Of a stretch of DNA of 34,548 bases, positions 1 to 8,931 are shown piece by piece; the stretch's first letter is position 1, and each line of letters begins with the position of its first letter. The notes under the pieces are model-generated. The model ran no database searches, was not told where the DNA came from, and saw only the letters and a list, made by a program, of their open reading frames with translations. This stretch comes from a virus (lineage: Duplodnaviria; Caudoviricetes). The stretch is from the IMG/VR virus record IMGVR_UViG_3300020044_004189, positions 1-34,548 of that record; one strand, 5' to 3'. The position numbers and the translations under genes were made by a program.

Positions 1-121
1 ACAATCGAGCCTGCTGCTTGAAGCTCCTCTGCCTTGACGCCAAGGGTTTTCGCCCTCTGCGCGTAGCTCTGAACCTTCTCGACCAGAATCTCCTGCTGCT
101 TTTGCTCTGCCTCCTGAGCCA
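1..121. repeat. Terminal direct repeat (left copy), identical to 34428-34548; assembly overlap indicating a circular/complete genome
   Basis: The first 121 nt (acaatcgagc...cctgagcca) are identical to the last 121 nt, and the scaffold ORF continues in frame across the junction. Confidence 0.95.
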
Positions 122-554
122 TCTGCGCCTGCTGGTTCTTCAGCATTTGCATCTGCGTATCATAGGCAGAAGCGGATATCAGAGCCTGCTCTCTGTGCAT
201 GATTTGTCGCTTGTACTCTTCATCAGAGACTGCGAACGGGTCAGGCAGAGCTGGCACTAATGGCCGCGACCGAGTTTGTGGCTGCTCAAGCTCCTCTAGC
301 CGCTTTCGGAGTTGTTCGGCTTCGCGCTCTTTTTCACGGAGCTTGAATACCTTTTTCCCAATTGCGTCATCGAAGACCTTTTGCTGCGCCTCGGTAAAGA
401 TCGGTTTATCGTGAGTCTCCCCACTATCCTCTGACGATTCGGAATCTGCTTCAACGTCATCTTCAACGTCTGGCTGATCTTCAGCCTCCTGTGTCTCAAT
501 TGGCTCCGAAGTTTCCTCGGAATCATCAAAATCATAGTCGCCTGGTTGCGTCAT
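1..554 (-). CDS. Capsid scaffolding protein, 5' part (continues at 34427..34151; 276 aa in total)
   Basis: ATG at 554 with upstream AAGGG. It translates MTQPGDYDFDDSEETSEPIETQEAEDQ... (acidic N-terminus), then a coiled coil KLREKEREAEQLRKRLEELE. It is open across the circular junction and lies directly upstream of the coat gene. The ORF track missed it because of the contig break. Confidence 0.85.
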   Translation of the reverse strand, partial: MTQPGDYDFDDSEETSEPIETQEAEDQPDVEDDVEADSESSEDSGETHDKPIFTEAQQKVFDDAIGKKVFKLREKEREAEQLRKRLEELEQPQTRSRPLVPALPDPFAVSDEEYKRQIMHREQALISASAYDTQMQMLKNQQAQMAQEAEQKQQEILVEKVQSYAQRAKTLGVKAEELQAAGSI

Positions 555-605
555 ATAGGTGCCCTTATAGGTGAAATGCCCAGAATGGTCTGGTGGCCTG
601 TGTAC

Positions 606-634
606 AGTGTATCGCTGTTGGTCAAGATGCACAA
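606..634 (-). promoter_or_regulatory. Candidate sigma70-type internal promoter for scaffold/coat (TTGTGC-17-TACACT)
   Basis: Spacer of 17 bp in an intergenic position, overlapped by the direct repeat TTGACCAAC (617-625, 637-645). Confidence 0.4.
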
Positions 635-641
635 CAGTTGG

Positions 642-2042
642 TCAATCTGGCTGCGGTTCTTCCTCTCGCTGTATGTTGCGTAAAGCCGACAAGCCGATAG
701 TTGCGCCTGCTGCTCCATATAACGGAGACCGCGCATTGATGATGCTGTCAACCAGCACCTCTCTCGGCGTTTTGTTTGTCACCCTTGCAGTTCGCTCTAT
801 CGCTTCGTTGATGTGCTGGATCATTGGCTTGCCTTGGGTTCCTTTAGCCCCAGCCCATGCAACGTCTTGCACGTTACCTGGCAACACGCCAAACTCTCGC
901 CCGACATCGCCAAGAACGCGCTCCATGACGCCGTATGACGCGCCAGGCGGCGAGGTCAGCCCGCTTTCATACAATTGGCTCATCTGCTCGTCAATGGTGG
1001 CTCTGTTCATGTCTCCGAGGAAATTGGCAGAAAAGTTGAATCGCTTGGGCTGTCCAGACGCAGTCAACGGGGTCTCGTTCATGATTATTTTGTCTGCCAT
1101 AGCCATGTTGCCAGCCAAATACCTGCCGCCGATTGGGTGCGGGTAGTTGGTTGACCCAGTTGGCAAGGATAGTCCTTGTGCTTTTCTATTGTTAACATAC
1201 GCAGACATCAACAGGTTAGCAGTAGGATCAGCGCCTCCGGTTGTTGCCGCCATCGCATCAGCAAACCGTTCCTTGAACATTTTTGGCCCTTCGACAGGCC
1301 CAAGCTCCCTGATAAACTCATCTTGAAGCTGCCCCATCGCATACCAATTCTGGCTAGTCGGAGAGAGTCCACGCTCGTATGCTTGTCGGATGTTGTCCCG
1401 TATTTGCGGAGTGTCAAACCTCTCTGCATACTGATCAATTGTTGCTTGTTTTGCAGGCATAGCATCGACAAGTGTATTACCTTGCAAATTGTACAGCTCT
1501 GGGTTGGCAAAATACCGATCCTCTACAGCAAAGTATGGATCATACTTTCCAGCGATTATGTCTCGCTGCGCCGTGTTTCGCGCTCTTTGCAACGCCAGTT
1601 CCTCAGTTGTTAATTCTTTCTGGAGGAACCCCTCCGGTTTTTTCGGATTACTAAAGTTAAGGCTGCCTGGCCCAGTTTGTGGGTAATTACGGGATATTGC
1701 GTCAACATCGTAGCCAACATCTACAACCCCCTCTAATGGGCTGGCCGCACCTCTTGCAGCCCTTACAGCAGCCACCCCAGGCACCAATGGCAGCATCCCC
1801 AGAGCAGACATGGCGTAGTTGCCATACGTCCTTTCTTCAGGGTAAGCAGCGTACATCGCAGCGTCAGCAGCTAATCCAGTGATGTCACCAGCAATCGGCA
1901 CAGCAGACATCGGCAGCGAGGCAGCGCCCAGAATATCGGCAGTAGTCTGGCCTCTAGTTCTAGGCACACGCGCAGGTGCTGGCCCTTGGCCTATGCCCAT
2001 GAGGTAGGCTTGGTCTAATGCTCTGAGTGCTGACTGTGCCAT
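642..2042 (-). CDS. Putative virion-associated effector: pre-toxin TG-like N-terminal hairpin plus HhH-glycosylase-like C-terminal domain (466 aa)
   Basis: Start moved to ATG 2042 (SD GGGGAGG). N-terminal SAVPIAGDITGLAADAAM...ALGMLPLVPG; C-terminal NWY...AATT...N...KRFNFSANFLGDMNRATIDEQM...YGVMERVL...FGVLPGNVQDVAW. Confidence 0.6.
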   Translation of the reverse strand: MAQSALRALDQAYLMGIGQGPAPARVPRTRGQTTADILGAASLPMSAVPIAGDITGLAADAAMYAAYPEERTYGNYAMSALGMLPLVPGVAAVRAARGAASPLEGVVDVGYDVDAISRNYPQTGPGSLNFSNPKKPEGFLQKELTTEELALQRARNTAQRDIIAGKYDPYFAVEDRYFANPELYNLQGNTLVDAMPAKQATIDQYAERFDTPQIRDNIRQAYERGLSPTSQNWYAMGQLQDEFIRELGPVEGPKMFKERFADAMAATTGGADPTANLLMSAYVNNRKAQGLSLPTGSTNYPHPIGGRYLAGNMAMADKIIMNETPLTASGQPKRFNFSANFLGDMNRATIDEQMSQLYESGLTSPPGASYGVMERVLGDVGREFGVLPGNVQDVAWAGAKGTQGKPMIQHINEAIERTARVTNKTPREVLVDSIINARSPLYGAAGATIGLSALRNIQREEEPQPD

Positions 2043-2044
2043 GA

Positions 2045-2434
2045 TCAATCCTCCCCGTATTCTTCTTCTTCTTCTTTTGGCTCCCAAGCCTGACACACTC
2101 GCAGGTTATGGCAGACGAACTCGAACTTCTTGCAGTAGCCTCGACCGCCGCCATCAGCGTCATAGTCATCCTCTGGCACTACTTCTATGTATTCCAGTTT
2201 TTCTGGTGAGTTGTTGAAGTATTCGCAGTTGCCACACATCTGCCTGCGAGCCTCTACTGGCTTTACGCTCCAAGCCCTAGCCATCATGCGATAGTAGTCA
2301 GTGTTGTCGCTGGTGGTCTCTTCAGGGCCGAACTTCCAGTTCTCGATGACGTTGGCCCGATTCTCTCGGTTGATCTTCGCAGTGAATGGCTCTTCCTGCT
2401 GGATGATAATGGTCATGCCTTCGAGTGGATTCAT
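2045..2434 (-). CDS. Small acidic Cys-rich protein with HiPIP-like [4Fe-4S] motif
   Basis: CGNCEYF...GYCKKFEFVC...RVCQAW. ATGA overlap with the portal stop codon; acidic C-terminus. Confidence 0.6.
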   Translation of the reverse strand: MNPLEGMTIIIQQEEPFTAKINRENRANVIENWKFGPEETTSDNTDYYRMMARAWSVKPVEARRQMCGNCEYFNNSPEKLEYIEVVPEDDYDADGGGRGYCKKFEFVCHNLRVCQAWEPKEEEEEYGED

Positions 2435-4566
2435 ATCTGGCCCCTGAATGGATTCAATGCGCTGACGATCTTCAGTTGGTTATCAATCTGCTTGCCTTGA
2501 GTATCAACGGTATCCTTCTCGATACTGGCTCCAGCCTGCTGAGCTTTAATCTGGGTGTTCATGCGCTGAGTCTGGGCGTTGAACACATCCAGTTGCTGAG
2601 TGGCTTGATCTGCCTGCATCTGCATCTGCATCTTTTGCGCTTCCAACTGAATCTTGGCGGTCTCAAGCTGAAGCCTTTGAACCTCAACCTGCGCTCTCAT
2701 CTGCTCTGCTTGAGCCTTAGCCATCTCGGCCTGCGCCAGTACCATCGCTGGGTCTTGCTGCTGCTCTTGACCCTGTGCGCTCTGGGCCATCTGAGCTTTC
2801 TCTTCCTCGGTCAGTTGGGTCTGCGGGATAAGACCCTGAGCCATCATCTGAAGACGCTTGCGCTCACCGATCTGACTGGCTGCGCTGGTAGGGATTGCAT
2901 TCAGGAGTATGTCGCCAGCCATCCCAATGATTGACGGATCGACTTTAGCTATCTCGATGATGGTCTCGATGGTCTCCTGCTGACGATTGCGGAACGATGG
3001 CCCTGCTCGGCAAGAAACGCTGTACTGGCCCTTGGTCAGGTCGTTCAGGGTGACAATCTCGCCCGTCTGCTGATCAATGATCGGCTCGTTCAATACCTGC
3101 ATCTCGCTGCTGCCATCCTCGTACAGCAGTCTGACTGTGCGCTGGGCATCATAGACCTTGGGAATAGCCTTGACCAAGATGTCTCCAGTGGCAGCAATAG
3201 CCGCTTCCAGTGCTCGGAAATACTTGATCGTGCCGTTGTCGCCTTTGGATTGAAGGCTCTCGATAGCCACGCCTGACTGAAGCCCTGGGTTGTCTCCCAT
3301 TGAGGCAGCGAACATTCCCGCAGTCTGGCCTATGATCTGGCGCATTGACTCGGAGATTGTGCGAAGCCCTGGGTTAACCTGCGCTCCACCCTGCTGCATG
3401 GGAGCGCCTGGCATCTCAGGGTCTACGTTGTAGAACTGAACTGGGTCGGAGTTAGTGTTGAGCGTAGCCAGTGCGTCCTCATGCCCTGCTGCTTGCGTCA
3501 GCGTCATCCAGTACTTGGCTCTCGGAGCCAGAGCACCTTCCTCGATCTCCCTAGAAAGCGAGTAATTGAGCACACGCTGCGGGTCAAGCAGCTTCTCGAC
3601 GACACCCCAATAGATTGTCTTGTTCTCGACGATCTTGAAGTTGCCGTACAGTGGGACGATAGGAATGCGGTCGAAGATGGTCTCTTCCTCATCCTCCAGC
3701 CAGTTGGTCTGGTCAAAGAAGCGTGAATAGACCTTGGTCTTGTAAGCCTTGCGAGTCCTGACCTCCTCGATGCCGAGCAGTGTCAGCTCGTCCTTTACCT
3801 TCTTGAAGTCATCGTCAATAGAGTAGACAGCGCCATTAGACATGAGCACCAGCTCGCAGGCTTCTTGACTGACGTAGAACAACTGACCTACAACGATCAC
3901 CTGCCCCTTGTCATAGTAGGCGTCACCCTCTCTGTCGATTGAGACAGACGCTTGAGAGCCTTCAGGGTATCGCTTGACGTACTCCTGAACTGACATTGCG
4001 TGAAGCAGGAAGGCGTACTGGGCGTCCGACTTGTCTTGCAGATAAGAAGCAGGGTCGAACCAGACTCTATCAATAAAGTTAGCAACAGGCTCAATCACCA
4101 GGTCTTGGTCAAATGACTGCGGATCAGAATACTTGTGGCTGATCATCCAGCCATCGTAGCCAGTGGTGACCATTCCTCGACCGGCATTGACGTAGATATC
4201 TTTAGCTCGACTGATTGACTCGATGTTACGCACCAGCCCATCGATCACCATAGCAGTCTCTTTAGACGCTGGGCCTGACATTGGAGATACCTTGATGTCG
4301 AAGTCGGCAAGCTCGATGGAAGCAGTCACTTGATCGATGATGGGATTGACCTGGTCGAAGGTGTACCGAGGCTTGCCGACATTGTTCGTCCACCAATAGG
4401 GTTCCCACTGGCCATCTCGCTTATCGACAAAGAGGTGCGCCTCGCGGGCCTTCTCTCGGTTGTCGTGATCAGCCTCTTGAGCTGAAGACATAAGATTGAG
4501 CACTGACTGAAGGCTGTCGAAGTCAATTGTGTAATCGCTGTTGTCGCCTGATCCGTATTGAGCCAT
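2431..4566 (-). CDS. Portal protein, P22 gp1-like
   Basis: About 711 aa, directly after terL (TGATG overlap). Motifs DGQW, RYTFDQVNPIIDQV, IPIVPLYG, DPQRVLNY, SGVAI, GPSFRNRQQE and a Gln-rich C-terminal barrel helix. Confidence 0.93.
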   Translation of the reverse strand: MAQYGSGDNSDYTIDFDSLQSVLNLMSSAQEADHDNREKAREAHLFVDKRDGQWEPYWWTNNVGKPRYTFDQVNPIIDQVTASIELADFDIKVSPMSGPASKETAMVIDGLVRNIESISRAKDIYVNAGRGMVTTGYDGWMISHKYSDPQSFDQDLVIEPVANFIDRVWFDPASYLQDKSDAQYAFLLHAMSVQEYVKRYPEGSQASVSIDREGDAYYDKGQVIVVGQLFYVSQEACELVLMSNGAVYSIDDDFKKVKDELTLLGIEEVRTRKAYKTKVYSRFFDQTNWLEDEEETIFDRIPIVPLYGNFKIVENKTIYWGVVEKLLDPQRVLNYSLSREIEEGALAPRAKYWMTLTQAAGHEDALATLNTNSDPVQFYNVDPEMPGAPMQQGGAQVNPGLRTISESMRQIIGQTAGMFAASMGDNPGLQSGVAIESLQSKGDNGTIKYFRALEAAIAATGDILVKAIPKVYDAQRTVRLLYEDGSSEMQVLNEPIIDQQTGEIVTLNDLTKGQYSVSCRAGPSFRNRQQETIETIIEIAKVDPSIIGMAGDILLNAIPTSAASQIGERKRLQMMAQGLIPQTQLTEEEKAQMAQSAQGQEQQQDPAMVLAQAEMAKAQAEQMRAQVEVQRLQLETAKIQLEAQKMQMQMQADQATQQLDVFNAQTQRMNTQIKAQQAGASIEKDTVDTQGKQIDNQLKIVSALNPFRGQI

Positions 4567-6086
4567 CAATTCCACCCCTTAAATTTAATCTGCTTGACCT
4601 GCACTTTCTCGCCCTTCTTGCTTTGAGCGAACTGCCTGAAAGCGTCTGCGCCCTCTGAGTGTTCGTCGTGCAATGGCATATCCATGAACCTGCCGTTCGT
4701 TGCGCTCCACCGCTTTCGGTATCTATCGAGGTGGATGATACCGGCCTTGCAGGCTGTCTCGTCGAACCAGACCGTAGCGAACGAATCGCGGGTCACTTGT
4801 ATTCCGTGATTGATCTCATCGACCCTCGGCACCAGCTCGATGTTCTTCAGCCCCAGCCTGTCTAGCATTTGCTGAGGTGAGACGTTGGCAAGCTGCCCTT
4901 GTCGCACATGACCGGCATCGTGCGGAAGGTAGTGTATACCCCAGACGTAGCCCAGCTTCTGCATCTCGCTGACATAGTGCGCGTAAGGCTCGCCCCAGCC
5001 TTCGATGAATCCAATGAAGTTATCGTTCTGCCCGATCTTCTGGTGCAGCCAGATAGCGGTGCCATCAGAGGAGCCAATGTCCCAATAGGTATTCACCGGA
5101 TAGCCTGGCCGGTGCGGTAGTGTGGTTATTCTGCCTTGCTTTCGAACGGCTGTCATCTGCGCTGAGTAGTAGCAGCCCTCGGTTGACTGCTGGAACGCCT
5201 CGTCTGGAGTGCTCGGATACTCCTGCCACATCCTTTCCTCTTGCCCGCTGAAGTCTGAATCGCGGGTTGAGCACCACCAGGCGCGTTGCTCTTGGCTGAG
5301 TGTACAGCCCTGATCCTGCTCAATCTTGTCAAAGTATTCGTTATCAGTTGCGGTAATCACCACGCCAGCGCAGGGCATCTTGTATCGAGGCTCGACCCAC
5401 CACGGGAAGAAGTTAAACTTAAACTCCTTGTGCGTGAGCGTGTTTCCGCTTTGTTCTTTCTGCATAGCCAGGCGGCACATATCATAGAACGCGCCCTCCT
5501 GACCCTCTGCGGTTGACTCAATGAAGATGACGCCGTTGCTGGTCACGGACGGGATCGAGCCAGTGATGACCTCGTTCGCTCGGTCGGGGAACTTAGCGCA
5601 TATCTTGCCGAATTCGGAAACGTGCAGGTACTGCAACGTCCCGCCCCGTGCGCTGGTTGCCACCGAGATCGCGCTGTTGTTGTGCGCGAACAGCAGCTCG
5701 GTCTGACTATCGCGGGCCAAGGGCATGACCTGCCGCAGCGTTGCAGGGAGGTTGTTATAGGCAAACTGCACCTTGTCGCGGAATATAGTCTTTGCCACGC
5801 CCTCGGTCTGGGCAACGATTGAGGCTCGGACGTTATCGCGGAATAACACGCAGTCGAGGAAGTAGATAGCAATCAGGGTAGTGAAGCCGAGCTGTCGAGC
5901 CTTGAGGATGATATTACGGTGGTGCATATTCTCCAGCAGTTTGATCTGGGAGGCATTGGGAAGGAATGGCACTGCCAGGTCTTCTTCGCCATCGTCACCC
6001 TTAATCATAATCTTGTAGAGACATCCGCTGGTGAGCCTCCACATCGGGTCTTGCAGCATAGCCTTGAGATCGTCAACAGTGGTCAT
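4566..6086 (-). CDS. terL: Terminase large subunit
   Basis: Walker A-like LKARQLGFTT, Walker B LHVSE, coupling motif ESTAEG, and RNase H-like nuclease WDIG...D...HSEGADAFR. Confidence 0.95.
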   Translation of the reverse strand: MTTVDDLKAMLQDPMWRLTSGCLYKIMIKGDDGEEDLAVPFLPNASQIKLLENMHHRNIILKARQLGFTTLIAIYFLDCVLFRDNVRASIVAQTEGVAKTIFRDKVQFAYNNLPATLRQVMPLARDSQTELLFAHNNSAISVATSARGGTLQYLHVSEFGKICAKFPDRANEVITGSIPSVTSNGVIFIESTAEGQEGAFYDMCRLAMQKEQSGNTLTHKEFKFNFFPWWVEPRYKMPCAGVVITATDNEYFDKIEQDQGCTLSQEQRAWWCSTRDSDFSGQEERMWQEYPSTPDEAFQQSTEGCYYSAQMTAVRKQGRITTLPHRPGYPVNTYWDIGSSDGTAIWLHQKIGQNDNFIGFIEGWGEPYAHYVSEMQKLGYVWGIHYLPHDAGHVRQGQLANVSPQQMLDRLGLKNIELVPRVDEINHGIQVTRDSFATVWFDETACKAGIIHLDRYRKRWSATNGRFMDMPLHDEHSEGADAFRQFAQSKKGEKVQVKQIKFKGWN

Positions 6087-6475
6087 TTTGGCCCTAGAGT
6101 TCTGCCCTTGATCTCACCCAGTAGAACTGAGATAGGCCCACCATCCTCACCCATGTGCTCCTGCTGGATTCTTTCTGAATAACCATGTTTAGTCAGAATC
6201 AGCTTGGCAATAGTGGGATTCAGGTCACCTGTTAAACTGCCGTTGAGCAGCTTTCTCTCTTGTGCTCTTAGACACTTAGCAACAATGTCAGAAAACTCTT
6301 TCTTGTTAGGGTCATCGCACCAGTCGTAGATGGTCTCGCGTGTGATACTTAGCTCAATAGCTAGTCCCGCCATTTGGGGAATAACGTCACCGCAATCAGC
6401 ATAACCGCCGTCCACATAGGCTTTGGCCTTGGCTAATATTTCATCGTTGTACTTAGTCGGTCTGCCGCCTGGCAT
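6083..6475 (-). CDS. terS: Terminase small subunit (P22 gp3-like family)
   Basis: GRPTKY N-terminus, HTH GLAIELSITRETIYDW, and NPTIAKLIL; lies immediately upstream of terL. Confidence 0.9.
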   Translation of the reverse strand: MPGGRPTKYNDEILAKAKAYVDGGYADCGDVIPQMAGLAIELSITRETIYDWCDDPNKKEFSDIVAKCLRAQERKLLNGSLTGDLNPTIAKLILTKHGYSERIQQEHMGEDGGPISVLLGEIKGRTLGPK

Positions 6476-6615
6476 TACTCATACCTCGCTGGCTTTGATT
6501 TCTTTGCCATCGACATAGCAATGGCGATAGCCTGTTTCTGAGGCTTACCCGACTTCATCTCAGCCCTGATGTTCTTGCTGATCGTCTTCTTGCCATAACC
6601 TTTTTTAAGCGGCAT
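6475..6615 (-). CDS. Small basic protein (46 aa), first gene of the late operon
   Basis: [53 protein letters not shown]; TAATG overlap with terS. Below the ORF-track cutoff. Confidence 0.85.
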   Translation of the reverse strand: MPLKKGYGKKTISKNIRAEMKSGKPQKQAIAIAMSMAKKSKPARYE

Positions 6616-6660
6616 TATAGCCTCCGGCCAAAATGTTTTCCCCATAGGGGCAGTGATTGC

Positions 6661-6689
6661 ATCATACCCGCCCTTAATCCCAAAGGCAA
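6661..6689 (-). promoter_or_regulatory. Candidate late-operon sigma70 promoter TTGCCT-17-TATGAT
   Basis: Near-consensus hexamers with a 17-bp spacer, 46 nt upstream of the first late ATG. Confidence 0.55.
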
Positions 6690-6767
6690 AAAAGCCCCAA
6701 TAATCTTGCCAAGCGTGATGCGAGTTAACACTGCGCTGGCCGCATGAAAATCTCGCGCATCCTCGAG

Positions 6768-6877
6768 GGTAACTGGTAACTCTCCCTAAGGAGAGAGTTA
6801 GCTAAAGTTACCCAATTTCGGCTGTTTTGCCCCCCCTTTGGGTAACTGAGTTACCTCGTAAAAGTTACCTAGTTACC
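6768..6877. repeat. Iteron-like GGTAACT/AGTTACC array; probable replication origin
   Basis: GGTAACT at 6768, 6775 and 6841; AGTTACC at 6806, 6849, 6863 and 6871. Includes the palindrome GGTAACT-G-AGTTACC. Non-coding and immediately downstream of the primase-helicase gene. Confidence 0.65.
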
Positions 6878-6897
6878 TGAATCAATATACAGTAGTT

Positions 6898-8931
6898 TTA
6901 CCCTGTTTTTCTCATCATCATGGCGCTTGCTTCAACCTCGTCGAGCATGATCCAGCCATGCTCATGCGATGCAATAATCTCGCCTATCAGCAGATCGCTG
7001 ACAGGCTTTCCGATCGCCGATGGCTTGGTGTACATTTTGGCCGTGCCTTCTGTCAGCCCCTGGTTGGCAACAAGGTATTCAATAAACGCCGATCTTGACA
7101 CATACGGCACCCCGCCTCGCTCCTCTGCCCCGCCATGCCACCAGGCAGACTCAAACATCTTTTTGTGCTTTGAGAGCTTGTCCTGCTTTTCCGTCTTGGC
7201 GGGAGCATCTGCTGCCACGATCACGGCGGACGTTACCTGCTCGCCATCCTCATCGAGCCAGCCGGTGATTGGCACAGACTTCAGGTGGACGTAAAGCGGC
7301 AGAGCTGTCTCAGCGTCCTTGCTCTTGCGCTGCACGATCTCGATGGGGGCATCCTCGGCCTTTGGCGGCACTATGCTGATCTCGATATCCAGAGCGCCAC
7401 GCCATGCGCTTGATCCTCTGGCACGGTGCTGGGCCTCTTCTGAAACACCAGTGTGATGCACCAGAAGCACGGAGCAGGAAAACTCCTGCATCAGAGCGTT
7501 GCAGGCGTCCAGCATGGTCTTGGCGTCTTGTGCGGAATTCTCGTCGCCCAAAAGGAAACGATGTAGGGTGTCCACGATGATGATGCTTGGCGTTATGCCC
7601 CCGCCCCGTATCGCGTCCCGTACTCGCTGGTAGCCAGCCGGGGTATTCAGGTCGCAGCCATCGCGGGAGAGGTGCATATTCAGGCTTCCTGAGACATTGC
7701 CGCCAGCATGATACTGCTTCCACGCTGCAATGCGCCCACGCAGGCCGTGATGGCCTTCCCCGGCAAGGTAGACCACTGCCCCTGCCTTGACCCGATTGCC
7801 TTGCCAAGTTGTTGTGTTGTCGGCATTGGCAGAGGCAATGCGAAGGCATATATCGAGCACCACAAAGGTCTTGCCGCCCCCGGACGGGCCGTGGACCATT
7901 ATCAAAGCATCCTGCTGGAGCCAGTGCTTGACCAGCCAGCCGATGGGGGAGGGCTGGGCGCAGAAGGAGTCGGCGGGGATAAGCCACCCATCCGCCTTTG
8001 GCAGTAGCAGGCCGATCAGGTCATGCCCCGCTTGAGCGTAGTCGTTCGCGTCCCCAGGCAGGGGCGGCATGATGACCCTTGCACCGTACTTCGCCGCCGC
8101 TTGCTCGGCGTATCTCATGCCAACGCCTGACTCGTCATTGTCGGCCACGATGACCAGATCATCGTGCTGGCGTCTGATTATCTCTGCCACAGGCACAAGG
8201 TTGCTTGCGCTGTAGGAGATGAAGACGGGAGCGCCCGTCACTTCGTGGATGGTCGCTGCGGTCGCGAAGCCTTCGGCCAGATAGACGGTCTTCGCGCCAT
8301 CGACCACGCCAACGCTCCAATACCTTGCGCCGGTCTGGCCGCCAGGGTGGTACTTCTTCTCGCCGTCTGCGCTGATGTATTGCAGGGAGGAAAGCTCGCC
8401 TGCATCATCATACAGCGGCACGATCAGGCGGCCATCGCCAGTCACTCTTGCCCCGTGCGGGTGTACGCCCTTGCGGGCCAGATAAGGGTGGTCCGCACTG
8501 GCTGCTCCGGCATTGACCCATATCTCGCTCACCGTGTCCGCAGCCACCTCTCTTGATCGCGCCAGCTCCTCGTCGCGCATCCTGCGGGCCTCGGCCATGC
8601 GGCGGCTGTTTGCCATCTCCTCGGCCACCGTGAGCTGGCGGCCAATATCGGCCTTGAAAGGATGCTCCAGCCCAAGCCGCCAGCAGCCGAAGTGACCGGC
8701 AGGGACGCCATCGAGGAAGCCGACATAGAAGCCGCTTTTGTCCTGCCCGCCTCGGCCTTTGGTGCCTGTCCGGAAGCGGTGAATCTTGCCATCGAATACG
8801 ATGTGATCGGGAGCCTCAAGCCCTGCCGCAATCATGGCCTCCCGCATTTGTATCTCAGGTGGGGTGACCACAACGCCCTGCGCTGCCGGGGGCGACCACG
8901 GGCCGCCGAGTATCTGGGTAAGGTCTGCCAT
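6898..8931 (-). CDS. Primase-helicase (N-terminal domain + TOPRIM + RepA/AAA_25-type helicase)
   Basis: HPYLARKG, AEGFATA, ADND, GDAND (TOPRIM); GPSGGGKT, IIVDT, LVHHTG, RGSSA (RecA/RepA-type helicase). Confidence 0.92.
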   Translation of the reverse strand: MADLTQILGGPWSPPAAQGVVVTPPEIQMREAMIAAGLEAPDHIVFDGKIHRFRTGTKGRGGQDKSGFYVGFLDGVPAGHFGCWRLGLEHPFKADIGRQLTVAEEMANSRRMAEARRMRDEELARSREVAADTVSEIWVNAGAASADHPYLARKGVHPHGARVTGDGRLIVPLYDDAGELSSLQYISADGEKKYHPGGQTGARYWSVGVVDGAKTVYLAEGFATAATIHEVTGAPVFISYSASNLVPVAEIIRRQHDDLVIVADNDESGVGMRYAEQAAAKYGARVIMPPLPGDANDYAQAGHDLIGLLLPKADGWLIPADSFCAQPSPIGWLVKHWLQQDALIMVHGPSGGGKTFVVLDICLRIASANADNTTTWQGNRVKAGAVVYLAGEGHHGLRGRIAAWKQYHAGGNVSGSLNMHLSRDGCDLNTPAGYQRVRDAIRGGGITPSIIIVDTLHRFLLGDENSAQDAKTMLDACNALMQEFSCSVLLVHHTGVSEEAQHRARGSSAWRGALDIEISIVPPKAEDAPIEIVQRKSKDAETALPLYVHLKSVPITGWLDEDGEQVTSAVIVAADAPAKTEKQDKLSKHKKMFESAWWHGGAEERGGVPYVSRSAFIEYLVANQGLTEGTAKMYTKPSAIGKPVSDLLIGEIIASHEHGWIMLDEVEASAMMMRKTG

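Noticed and set aside
1-121. Biological terminal repeat (T7-like DTR)
   Set aside because: It falls mid-gene and its length is typical of an assembler k-mer overlap.
2043-2096. Arg-rich (Tat-like) N-terminal extension MSGLGAKRRRRR of the toxin-like ORF
   Set aside because: It is an alternate-frame reading of the upstream gene's poly-Glu tail; the strong SD supports ATG 2042.
6768-6877. CRISPR array
   Set aside because: The repeats are only 7 bp, occur in both orientations and have irregular spacing.
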